Below are positions 1 through 10,400 of a DNA stretch of 64,000 bases, piece by piece. Source of the DNA: Monocercomonoides exilis PA203 (taxonomy: Eukaryota; Protista; Preaxostyla); contig LSRY02000005.1 in the NCBI GenBank assembly GCA_001643675.2, forward strand, positions 1,674,001 through 1,738,000, written 5' to 3'. How positions within the stretch are numbered: the stretch's first letter is position 1; each line of letters starts with the position of its first letter. The notes under the pieces were generated by a model. It had not been told where the DNA came from and did not search any database. It worked only from the letters and a program-made list of their open reading frames with translations. A program made the translations under genes and the position numbers.

Positions 1-1806
1 TCATCGTTGGAAGACATTCTGAATATATTTGGTATTGATATTCGATATGATTCATCAAATGACGATACAAACATACATCTAACAGCTGATGGACTATGCT
101 CAATGCCGAAAGAGTTTGCTGAAGTGCTTGTTTGTGGACTAACAAATGTTACAATACATAGTTATTGTCATTTCAGTATCGATAGAGAATTATCGTTGTT
201 CCCGTTGTTTTGTGCCATTAACAGTCTCATTAATATTGAATCAGTACAAGATGAAGACATCGATGCATACTATCAAGAGATAAAAAGCAATAATATATTA
301 ACAGCTAATGCTGATATGAATTGGGATCGAACACGAGAGAAATGTTCGAATAAGAAATCAACACCTTATGCTTTACAGAAGATCGTCAAGATCTGGTGTC
401 CAGAATTTTATCAAAACACTGTTGTTCCTGAGATTAGGAAAATGAAACTAATGAAAACTCCAATTATAAAAGAAGTTATTGAATATGAGAAATGCACAGA
501 AACATATAACTATTTAATTAGGAATGTAACGAAGATGTCAATACAAGATATAAAACAACATCTATTACGAACATTTGCAAAACTTGTCAAAGGAACTGAC
601 GTTATTGCTCGAATGGAAACCAATATTTATTTCGTAAGAGATGCTGAATGGTTTGAGAATCAATTGAAACGTTTTATCATTCCATACGGTGTATCAACTA
701 TCACATTAAAACAATTATTCGTCGAGCAATTCAAAAACTTCACTGTATATGATGAGGTTGCTCCTGTCTCAGATTTACCAAACATTTTCAACACATTCAG
801 AATGAGAGATCCAACAGTATATCTGAATAATGAAGTCAAAACGATGATTGATTTTCTGAAAACTACATATGCTGATGAAGTTGCTTTCTATTTCGATCTT
901 GGACGAGATCAATGGAGATTTAGAAACAATTATAAGTGAACAAAAATATCATTGGGATATTATGGTGAAAAGGGTGGAGAAGGAAAAGGTTTTCTTACTA
1001 CATTAAGGACAAAAGTGTACGGCAATGAATTCTCATCTGTTAATGTTAGATTCAGTCAATTAGGAAAAGAGCAAACAAAATCTCTTCTTGCAAATAAATT
1101 ACAGATTCAATTCGACGAGCTTCCACGTATAAAGGATGGAAAAGTTGTTGTTGAAGACTTCAAAATCCTTGATAATGACATGCTGTCAACAAGATCGATG
1201 GCAAGAGATGATGAAAACATAACTCTCTATTTCGATTGTGATTTCTCAACTAATAATTCATCATTTGCTGGGATATATAGTGATGAAGCAGTGCGAAGAC
1301 GTTTGTATCCCATCGAAAGAATACTTTCGACAAGAGAAGATGCGGTGGAGATGTGGAAACAATTGTGGAGTTGGATTAAGAATGAAGATTTCATCCACTC
1401 TTATATCAAATACATAAGAGAATCAGAAGATATTGAAAAGAATACAACATTCAAACCATATACCAAATTCACAATGCCAGTTTTCTTTAACAGAATACAA
1501 CAATCATATGAAGACTCTTTCGATATATGGTTAGAAGAATTCACTGAAGAACAATATAATAAAAATCTTTCCTATGAAAGAAAAGCAGATGGTATCAAGG
1601 GATTTAATGCAATTGATTTATTCAAGAACTACACAAAATATTGTTCTCTGAACAAACTTCCATCGACAATGAACAAAATTGGAACATTTAATGAAAGACT
1701 CAAAAGAATTTACGAGTATGACATCAATACAATAATGTGTTCAGATGGAGTCAAACGAAGATTAACATATATTGTCATGAAAGAAGATGAAAACATTAAT
1801 CAATAA
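1..1806 (+). pseudogene. D5-like (primase-)helicase, superfamily 3; 5'-truncated by window; one in-frame TGA at 937-939
   Basis: ORFs 7-939 and 952-1806 share a frame and read RNNYK*TKISLGYYGEKGGEGKG. Walker A GEKGGEGKG, Walker B IQFDEL, motif C STNN, Arg finger AVRRRL. Frame is open to base 1. Confidence 0.85.
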
Positions 1807-1863
1807 AACATCAGTGTCCAATATGTCCGTATGGCCGCTATTTTTAGAGATAACGATTTGATA

Positions 1864-2003
1864 ACTTGCTCCGCTCCACTTGCTCCGGTCTTATACAGTT
1901 TTTAATGCAAGATTGATCAATATTGAGACTGAAATCAGTACTTCTTATATATAAAATCGACATGGAGCAAGCTGGAGCAAGACAGATAAAGTCACTTGCT
2001 CCG
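1864..2003. repeat. Iteron-like cluster: 3 direct ACTTGCTCCG and 2 inverted TGGAGCAAG copies
   Basis: ACTTGCTCCG at 1864-1873, 1878-1887, 1994-2003; TGGAGCAAG at 1963-1971, 1973-1981; AT-rich spacer in between. Confidence 0.85.
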
Positions 2004-2147
2004 TATCACTTTTGACTATGAAAACAGTTGATTTGATATCCAAAATAAGCGATACGGGAATTTCCGCATCGTCAAAAAATGACATCAATAGAATTCATTC
2101 TATGTCAATTATTTATGCAAATAAAAATTAACGTGAATTTTATTTTT

Positions 2148-2171
2148 TCGAATTTTTTATCTACTATAAAA
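2148..2171 (+). promoter_or_regulatory. Putative element promoter TCGAATTTTTTA-N4-CTATAAAA directly before the KilA-N ATG
   Basis: Near-identical motif with the same spacing precedes the pPolB gene (11175-11151, minus strand). Confidence 0.55.
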
Positions 2172-2960
2172 ATGACAGTTACAACCAAGTGTATAATTTA
2201 TAATAACGAAGAATTTATTAAAGGAACATACAACTCTTTCGAAATCTTGATCAGACTGAAAGATAAATATGTAAATGCATCGAAGTTAGTAAAGGATATA
2301 AACAAACGAGAAGGTCGTACAAAACAGGTTAAAACGTTTTTTAAATCTCATATGTGTAAAGATCTATTGGATGAATTTAACAAGCAGAAAATTATTCAAA
2401 ACAGCTCTTCAGATTCGTCGGGTAAAAAATTACCCGACGCAAGATATGATCTACACAAGTCGTATTCTAATGATTTTAGAGGAACTTATGTTCATCCACG
2501 TTTAATAAACGCAATTGCGATATGGGCATCTCCAAGATATTTAATTATTGTCTCTGAAATAATGGACGCAATTAATGAACGCACACAAGCAACAGGAGAG
2601 TCGTTTGATACAGTTACAAAAAGTATTATTGAAGAACAACGTAAAATAATAGAAGAACTCAAACAGACAGTGACTGTTCAAAAAGAATACATATCCAACA
2701 CATCAGTTCCTGACACCAATTGTGTTAAAAAGCTGTCGATAGTGAAAATATCTGATAAACAATTTAGGTTATCAGCTGATACTTCAAGATCATTAGAGTA
2801 TATATATCAATTTGAATTTCCAGCAAGTATGAATATCAGACAAGTGATAACTCAAAAATTAAATATGAAACTTCCTTATACATTTGAAGAATCTGAAATT
2901 GAACAAGTATTAACAGTAATACGTTCTCTAAGTCCTAAAAGAGAAATAACAGCGTCATAA
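2172..2960 (+). CDS. KilA-N domain DNA-binding protein
   Basis: ILIRLKDKYVNASKL...FRGTYVHPRLINAIAIWASP followed by a coiled coil. ATG 2172 preferred over 2079 because 2079-2171 is T-rich promoter-like sequence. Confidence 0.88.
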   Translation: MTVTTKCIIYNNEEFIKGTYNSFEILIRLKDKYVNASKLVKDINKREGRTKQVKTFFKSHMCKDLLDEFNKQKIIQNSSSDSSGKKLPDARYDLHKSYSNDFRGTYVHPRLINAIAIWASPRYLIIVSEIMDAINERTQATGESFDTVTKSIIEEQRKIIEELKQTVTVQKEYISNTSVPDTNCVKKLSIVKISDKQFRLSADTSRSLEYIYQFEFPASMNIRQVITQKLNMKLPYTFEESEIEQVLTVIRSLSPKREITAS

Positions 2961-3099
2961 ATAACAATTTGACAAAATCTCTTTTTCTGATCATTCTTTC
3001 ATAATTGTTTATTGAAACTATTCATGTTAAAAAAAAATGATATCAATAATCGTTGCTTGAATTTCAAGCGATGGAATTTTCTTAAAAAATATATTTCAT

Positions 3100-3909
3100 T
3101 TATTTTTCTTTCGAGTTATTCAAGAATGTGTGAACAAGAGAGACATGATAACCTAACAGTCTGTTGTAAATGTGATTATATTTTATTTGAAGATCCAATC
3201 CACCGACTAATATTCGAGAGATATCTTTAATGAACTTCACTTTTCCTAAACACGATACTGCTTGTTCTTCAATAATGATTTCAACATCGTTGACTCCTGA
3301 CAATAATGCAATCAATATTGATAATTCATCAGCAGGAAGAATAATCATCTTACTGGGTTCAATGCAACTCTTGAGTACTTTTTTTGGAGAATTGATCACA
3401 TTAATGAGTAACTCGATATATTTATCTTTAAATCTGTTTTCATCATCAGGATTAATTGTTATTGATTCTCGCAACGAATACAATGGATAAGGATGTGTTG
3501 ATGAAGAGGGCGCTGATGGTTCATATGGAACAGAAGGATAAGCAGTGAAATTATCGAACGATTCTGTTTGTGAAGGAAGTGCATCAGGAATTGATTGTTC
3601 TCGCTCTTGTTGACTGCTTCTTGAAGCTGACTCCTTTGTTGAATCAGTGTTTCCAGCTGCCACATTTACGTTTATTGTACTAGACATCGATGGAGTTGAA
3701 GTATGTGTTGATTTGGTTAAATTTGCTGATACAGAAATTGGAATAGGCATACTATTTTCATAGGAATAAAAAAGATTTCTTTCATTAATATTTTCTTCGT
3801 TATTACTCTTAGTGTTTTGATTAGTGGTTTGAGTGTCTGAATCTGTCAATTCCACCTTCAATTGGTTAATGTATCTTTTTGGAGGGACTTTCACAAGTGT
3901 TTTTAACAT
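3100..3909 (-). CDS. Hypothetical Polinton protein (S/T/P-rich N-terminus, globular C-terminal ~110 aa)
   Basis: 269-aa ORF filling the gap between neighbours, with TATAAA just upstream of the ATG. No family confidently recognised. Confidence 0.75.
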   Translation of the reverse strand: MLKTLVKVPPKRYINQLKVELTDSDTQTTNQNTKSNNEENINERNLFYSYENSMPIPISVSANLTKSTHTSTPSMSSTINVNVAAGNTDSTKESASRSSQQEREQSIPDALPSQTESFDNFTAYPSVPYEPSAPSSSTHPYPLYSLRESITINPDDENRFKDKYIELLINVINSPKKVLKSCIEPSKMIILPADELSILIALLSGVNDVEIIIEEQAVSCLGKVKFIKDISRILVGGLDLQIKYNHIYNRLLGYHVSLVHTFLNNSKEK

Positions 3910-3962
3910 TATCTTTATAAACAGTTAAAACGATTAATTTTAGTTTTTTAATATCATTGAAA

Positions 3963-5120
3963 ATGCAAACATCAGATATTTATCAGAGACAGCTCAGACA
4001 GACAGGCACAAGAAATTTAGTGTTTGATTCAGCTTCAGAGATGCAAACTTGGATCGATGTGAACAAAGGAAATCTCGTGAAAGGACAATTAATACTTATA
4101 AAAGGAAATAACGTTCCTGATTACTGGTGGGATGGAACAGCGTTAAAGAAAATTGAGTGTGATGTTAGTGAAGTCAGTGTGGGTGGACTTAATGAGTACT
4201 ATAAAGCAGTTCAGATTGATAATATCGTTGAAACCTGCGAGAAGATTGAGAATAAAGGACAAGCGAATGGATATGTTCCTCTTGACAATAATGGAAAAAT
4301 TGCATCATCATATTTAACCATATCAGAAGACATGATAGATTTAACAGGAATTGAGTTGGAAGGATATGAAAAAACAACAAATAAAGATAAAGCAAATGGA
4401 TATGCAGGATTGGATGAAAGTGGAAAGCTATCAGTTAATGTTCTTCCTGATGAATTATCAGAAAAAGCAGGAACAAGTAATCCGTTAATGGATGGTTCTG
4501 TTAATGTTGGAACATCAGATAAATATGCACGAGAAGATCATATTCATCCAAGTGATTCTTCGAAAGCAAATGACGAAAGTGTGGTTCATTTAAGTGGAAC
4601 AGAAACTATCACTGGAAGCAAAACATTTTCAAATGCAATAACAACATCAGCAGTTCCAACAAATATTTATCACTTGGTTACAAAACAATACGTTGACAAT
4701 AAAGTTGGAGCAGTCAGAATTCCAACTTCCGAAAAACTTTTCTTCACTGGCAATAGCTTGCTGAAAAACACATTCGGATTTATAAGTAGATATGGAGAAC
4801 TTGCCACTATGTATGTCAGAGGAGATATTGAAAGCCTCTCGGGCTATGACAAAACTGCTTGGATTCAAATTGGAAAATTCACTGTATCTAATGCAAAAAG
4901 TTATTTGTCTCCGCCATATACAGATGGATCTCACTACGTATTCAGCATAACAGTTAGATGTGGTGATGGTTATGACAATTATTGTTCATGTTCTGTTCGA
5001 ATCAAATATGATGGAGTATCTTACATAACTGTGGAAATAAAATCTCAACAAGTGGTGTATTACAATAAGGGAAGTATTGAGTTCAACATAACATATCCAG
5101 TTAGTGTTCCATTTAATTAA
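3963..5120 (+). CDS. Phage tail-fibre-like protein 1
   Basis: N-terminal VFDS...NVPDYWWDGT module; fibre-shaft motifs KGQANGYVPLDNNGKI / KDKANGYAGLDESGKL, VGTSDKYAREDHIHPSD, VVHLSGTETITGSKTF, HLVTKQYVD; beta-rich C-terminal head. Confidence 0.75.
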   Translation: MQTSDIYQRQLRQTGTRNLVFDSASEMQTWIDVNKGNLVKGQLILIKGNNVPDYWWDGTALKKIECDVSEVSVGGLNEYYKAVQIDNIVETCEKIENKGQANGYVPLDNNGKIASSYLTISEDMIDLTGIELEGYEKTTNKDKANGYAGLDESGKLSVNVLPDELSEKAGTSNPLMDGSVNVGTSDKYAREDHIHPSDSSKANDESVVHLSGTETITGSKTFSNAITTSAVPTNIYHLVTKQYVDNKVGAVRIPTSEKLFFTGNSLLKNTFGFISRYGELATMYVRGDIESLSGYDKTAWIQIGKFTVSNAKSYLSPPYTDGSHYVFSITVRCGDGYDNYCSCSVRIKYDGVSYITVEIKSQQVVYYNKGSIEFNITYPVSVPFN

Positions 5121-5160
5121 GCTATAATAAAAAATACAATTTATTTTTATCAATATATAA

Positions 5161-6114
5161 ATGAGTTCATCATTAAAATCAATCAACGCTAATATAGCTC
5201 TGATGATCCATCAACATAAACAGCAACAACAGATGAAAAATGAATCATTAGAGAATTTCAATAATGTTGACAAAAATATGAAAGAAATAAATAATGCATT
5301 AGAGAATATCGATAAAGTGAAAGAAAGTATAAAAGAAAGCATAAAAGATATTAATGTTTCAATAACAGCAAATCAAGACTTGAATCGATATATGTTTGAT
5401 GAACTGAATGCTAAAGTTGGATATAAAGCAAGAGTGTTTGACAGTTATGAAGATATGTGTCAATGGCTTACCGTTCAAGATAATGTCAATACATTACAAA
5501 CTGGACAAACGTTTTATATTAAAGAGACAAATGTTCCTGATTACTGGTGGGATGGAACAGAATTATTAGAAATCGAGAAAGAACAAATATCATTAGATAA
5601 TTATTATAACAAATCAGAAATTGATGCAAAACAGATATCTTTAACAACAATTGTTGATGCAATTTATCCTATAAACAGTGTAATAATTAAATATGATGCT
5701 TCGGATCCATCAAAAACATATCCAGGAACATCGTGGAAAATGATGACAAATGGAAGATTTATAAGAGCTGCATCTTCTGCAGATATGATAGGCTCGACAT
5801 CTGGATCAGCAACTTCTGGTGCAACGACATTAACAACTTCTCAAATACCAAGTCATACTCACAGCATCACAATAAATAACAGTGGAGAACACACACATGC
5901 TTTATATCACCCATTACAGAGTATCGGATCACCTGGAAATATTCTTGGTATGGAATATAATTGGGATTCATCAGGTGAAACCCATTTTTACACAGCAGTT
6001 GGAGGAAGCCATAACCATTCCGCAAGTATCAGCACAACAGGAGGCAGTAATAGTCATACACACTCGATTGATCCTCCTGCAATTTATTTAGCATTTTGGA
6101 GACGCACAGCTTAA
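5161..6114 (+). CDS. Phage tail-fibre/baseplate (gp10 C-terminal-like) protein 2
   Basis: Coiled coil, then the same NVPDYWWDGT module, then AIYPINSV..DPSKTYPGTSWK..GRF..TLTTSQIPSHTH..PPAIYLAFWRRTA with four HxH motifs. Confidence 0.8.
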   Translation: MSSSLKSINANIALMIHQHKQQQQMKNESLENFNNVDKNMKEINNALENIDKVKESIKESIKDINVSITANQDLNRYMFDELNAKVGYKARVFDSYEDMCQWLTVQDNVNTLQTGQTFYIKETNVPDYWWDGTELLEIEKEQISLDNYYNKSEIDAKQISLTTIVDAIYPINSVIIKYDASDPSKTYPGTSWKMMTNGRFIRAASSADMIGSTSGSATSGATTLTTSQIPSHTHSITINNSGEHTHALYHPLQSIGSPGNILGMEYNWDSSGETHFYTAVGGSHNHSASISTTGGSNSHTHSIDPPAIYLAFWRRTA

Positions 6115-6143
6115 AATTTATATTATAATTTTTTTGATACTTC

Positions 6144-7334
6144 TCATCTTGAGACTAGAAGTATTCTATTATCAACGTTGCTTTTCACTCTTATTTTTCC
6201 TTTGTCATATCCGATTACTATAAACGTTTCAGGAAGAATTTTCATTCTTCTCTTGTCTAATCTTTCATAATAAGCTTTCAAGATGACAATAGTGTTCATT
6301 GGAAGCTTGTAATCAAGAGAATTAATAATATTATAATTCAACTGATGCATTCGACGAATGATCTCATTTTCCAATTCTTCATTATCGTACACTTGCTGAG
6401 GACTGATATCGAAGTTCATTATTTTTGAAAGACTATAATGAGGAGCATTATTATAATAATACACCAGTTGCTTCATTCTGACTGGATTAATAAACTCACT
6501 ATGAGGATTTGATGTATAATTCATGTCTCTAATAGTTCTGACAACTCTATCAAGTGGAGCCATTTGTGTGTGAGAAGATCCTGTACTTACAAGAGATTGA
6601 AAAGAAATGTTGTGAGTTTTAAAATATTTGTGAGCCAAAGTGCTATTGAATGCACGTTCGCTATCTCCTCTCAAGTATTTAACTTTCATTCCTTTTAAAA
6701 TCATTCTGTTTAAAGCTTCAACAACAGCAGAAGCTGAACGCTGTGAATGAGTGACTTTTCCACTGCTTGATTCATCTTTCGAAGAAAAATTAGTAGGCTC
6801 CACAAACAGATATCTATTATTTAGTCCTATTGCAACAAGATAACATAAATTATCAGAAAACATAAGATCTATCAGAAATGTGTATTTTTGTCCTACATGA
6901 TGTAAATAGTATTGCTTATTTTCTTTTTCTGGAAAACTATTCTTGAGATATTTCGAATGAACAGCAGGAAGAGTACTGTATTTTTGAAAGAAAAGTGATT
7001 CTTGTTTCTTTTTTAATTTATATCCTGTGTCTTGCAGAAATTTATTTTGCTCAGGTGTTTGCTCATCAATTATGAGTTCATAATTATTTCTAAGCTGTTT
7101 CTTGTACTGTTTTGGATTATATTTCTTTAAATACTCCAGTTTATATCTATTGTATAACTCTTCAATAGTGATATCAAATATGAGATCTGTTTTGTGAGCT
7201 TCATAATATGCTTTGAACACTCGAGTTTTTGTGGGAATCTTTTTTATTTTCTTGTACACTTCTATTTCTGTGAGCAGGGTATCAGAAGCAGCTAATAAAC
7301 TCTTTATGAGTGAATTTATTTTCTTTAATGTCAT
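6144..7334 (-). CDS. Retroviral-like (RVE) integrase of Polinton type
   Basis: FLIDLMF, LRGDSERAF, MAPLDRVVRTIR, YYNNAPHYSL, SH3-like C-terminus. Ends at a TGA followed in frame by EVSKKL-TAA (6123). Confidence 0.9.
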   Translation of the reverse strand: MTLKKINSLIKSLLAASDTLLTEIEVYKKIKKIPTKTRVFKAYYEAHKTDLIFDITIEELYNRYKLEYLKKYNPKQYKKQLRNNYELIIDEQTPEQNKFLQDTGYKLKKKQESLFFQKYSTLPAVHSKYLKNSFPEKENKQYYLHHVGQKYTFLIDLMFSDNLCYLVAIGLNNRYLFVEPTNFSSKDESSSGKVTHSQRSASAVVEALNRMILKGMKVKYLRGDSERAFNSTLAHKYFKTHNISFQSLVSTGSSHTQMAPLDRVVRTIRDMNYTSNPHSEFINPVRMKQLVYYYNNAPHYSLSKIMNFDISPQQVYDNEELENEIIRRMHQLNYNIINSLDYKLPMNTIVILKAYYERLDKRRMKILPETFIVIGYDKGKIRVKSNVDNRILLVSR

Positions 7335-7466
7335 TTGAATTTATTATTATTGATTATTTCCTAATTATTAAAATAATATTTGATTATTATATGAATTTCA
7401 TAAAAGGTTTTTCTGTATTTGTGCTCTTATTTGAGCACTTGCTTGTGATATTGATTTGAAAAATCT

Positions 7467-10400
7467 CTATCCCTTCGGGGGTATTCCTTTTTCTAATGAT
7501 GTTTTAATGCGTCTTTTAAAAGTATCAAGAGATGCAACAGTAAAATCTTTTTCAAATTCAAAGCAAGGAGATCCATTTGTGAGATCAAATTCAACTGTTT
7601 TTCCTTTATAAATGTACTTGTATAGCTTCATCAGAGAATCGTTGCTATTATCTGAGTCCTTAGCTTTTGCTTCAACAGCTGACTGCTTAATTCCTTTCAT
7701 GCGAAACATGTTTGATGTTTTATTTTCAGGAAGAACTAGTTTATCTATATACATCTTTTTTCCTAAGAAATAAGATTCACTAGCATATAATGCATTAAGA
7801 GGAAAATCAGAGTGAAAATTTCCTAATTGAGTTCCTTTCAAATCACGATTGTATTTAATTTTGAAAGCTTCTTCTAGTCTTGGAAGATCATCAATTCTAA
7901 TGTGCATAGAGTCTGTATCTTGATAATAGATTTGACAGTTGAGATCATGTGCAAGACACATCACTTCATTCATAATTCGTTTGGACATGCTTAAAATATG
8001 AATTCCAAATAGATTAAATGTGAAATGAGTGTCGATCTGCTTCTGTGTTTTTACTACATGAGTTTTATTTCTTGAATCTGCTATTTTTGATGATTCAATA
8101 ATTTTATTATAATTTTTGCTCCAATATTTTCCTATATCATTTTCATTTATGTATTTTATCTCATAATCAACAGGCTTCTGAATTGTTTTTCCATTGAGAG
8201 AATTCATGATTAGTTTATATATAACTTCTAAAGGATTCTTTTCTTTCTTGTATGCAGCTCGTTTATTAAATATATCTCCGATGACTTTCTGAATTGAGTA
8301 ATCACGATTGCCTGTCCAGAAATATCCTTTAATTATTGTGAATTCTATTTTCTGAAATTCTATCAAATCTTCCAAATATATGTTATCAACTGCTGTTCTC
8401 ACTGGTTTATCTATCACATCATTATTAAAATTATTTCCTTCATCATCTTCAAATACAAGTAAAGGAAAAGCAAAATGCTTGTTCACTTTTGTAATCTCAA
8501 TTTCGACTACATATGCACTCTGATTCTGAAAAAACTCATAAGAGCGTTGTTCATCTGTTTCAATTACACTTGGAGTTCCTTCAACCATATATAATCTGTG
8601 CATAGCAGAAGCATATAAAGACACAGCATCATAATCCACAATAGGAGTTGTTGAGTGCCACTTTTTATTATATGCAGTCATGCATCTTCCTCCGTGAACA
8701 GCTTGCTGCATAAACTCTCTGATGATTCCTCCTAGTTTATATAAATTCTTGTTCTTCGAATACACTTGTTTTGTCAGTGTGGCATCTGCAAGAGAGCTTA
8801 TTGAACAGTAATCGTGAATATCAATATCGAAATCATTCATGAATCCTTCTCGAAATTTGAGAAATCCTTCTCTTAATATTTTTGTATCTTGCTCACAATA
8901 GAATCCACAATATTTATACATATCGAATGTGTTGTCACTTAACCTGCATCCTGGAATAGTGTTAATATTTTTATTAAAAAGCTCATAATCTTCCAAGTTC
9001 CACTTTTTAGCTTCATACTCTCCTGCTTCACTAATAATTCCAGTATTATTTTTCAGTCTCTCTAATGTGTAGTAATTATATGGAAACAATTCTTTTTGTG
9101 TATTTTTTAAATTAAACATCTTTGGGAATTGCTTTAATGCACTTGGAATAATCGAAAAGGAATCTTTAAACACAATCGTTTTCTTATTATATTTCACTGT
9201 GATTCTCATTAATCTGTTGTCTTTAGCGATTTGATTTGAAAGTTCATCTACATGTTTAGCAATCATACAGAAATCATATTTCAGATTATGAAAATACACA
9301 CAAGAGTTATCAGGAATATATTTTAGAAGTTCAATTGCACAGTCTTCTCCTTTGAAGTGTTTTATTTCATTTTCATTTGTTATGCAACAGTAAAAAGCAC
9401 GATGTATTCCTGTAGTATCTGCTTCGAAATCTGCATAATAATAGTCTGAAATAGTTTTGCTTTTATAACGTATCGAATTAAATTCTTTTTCTTTTGCAAT
9501 TTGCTCAAACGATTTCAAGCAGAATTTTGGATTATAATGCAAATCATTTATCTGTTTGACACTAGGCTTGGTGATGTCGCTTATCTTTAGATATTCACTA
9601 TAAGTTATTGGTCTGAAAAGCTGTTTTGCAAACATCTTCTTTACTAAATTCCTTGATGTAAGTGCTTCTTTTGTTCTCTTTCCTTTTGCTCTACACTTGT
9701 GCGATCCTTCATAAAATACATTATATTCTGTTTCATTAAGTGTGTTCATATGATCTAAATAATATTCTGTGATTGGAGATCTTTCTTCTATGAAATAATG
9801 CTTTTGATAAAGATTTAACTCTAATATATATTTCGCTTCTTTTTTATCTACTCCAAGATATGTTTTACGTTTTAGTGCTTTTTGAGGAGCTGACAGTCTG
9901 CACTTATTATGTCCAACTACTTCATCATCGAGCTCATGGATAATGCAGTGTATATAAAACTCTTCACATATTGCATCTATTTTTGTTGACGATAAATATT
10001 TATTTTTCACTCGTAATCTTATCTTGTCAAGTGTTTCATCATCGAATAGTCCTGATGATTTTAAGGCATATATCCAGCAGCAATCATATAATTCTTTTCG
10101 AGTTCTATTATTAATGTCTGTCAATTTATCAAAAATTTGAAGTCTATTAAGATAATCAATCACAGGCTTTTTGACTGATTCAACAGTCACATAATCGAAG
10201 AAGTGTCCTCCTTTATCTTTATAAATCTGTTTCTCAATTTTAGATGAAGGATGAAGTTTTATGAAATCTTCAAGCTTCATAATGTGGATAGCAGAATATA
10301 AGCTCCAAGAAGGAATATCACTCTCTTCAGGATCAGAAAAATTGATATTCAGATTATCAACATACAAGTCTATCATAAAATTCTTTTCAGAAAAATTTGA

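Noticed and set aside
1864-2003. CRISPR-like array
   Set aside because: Repeats are only 9-10 bp, in mixed orientation and irregularly spaced; no cas genes.
4113-5560. Diversity-generating retroelement TR/VR pair in the fibre genes
   Set aside because: The shared segment is identical, short and N-terminal, without adenine-specific mismatches; the only RT in the window is DIRS-type and ~57 kb away.
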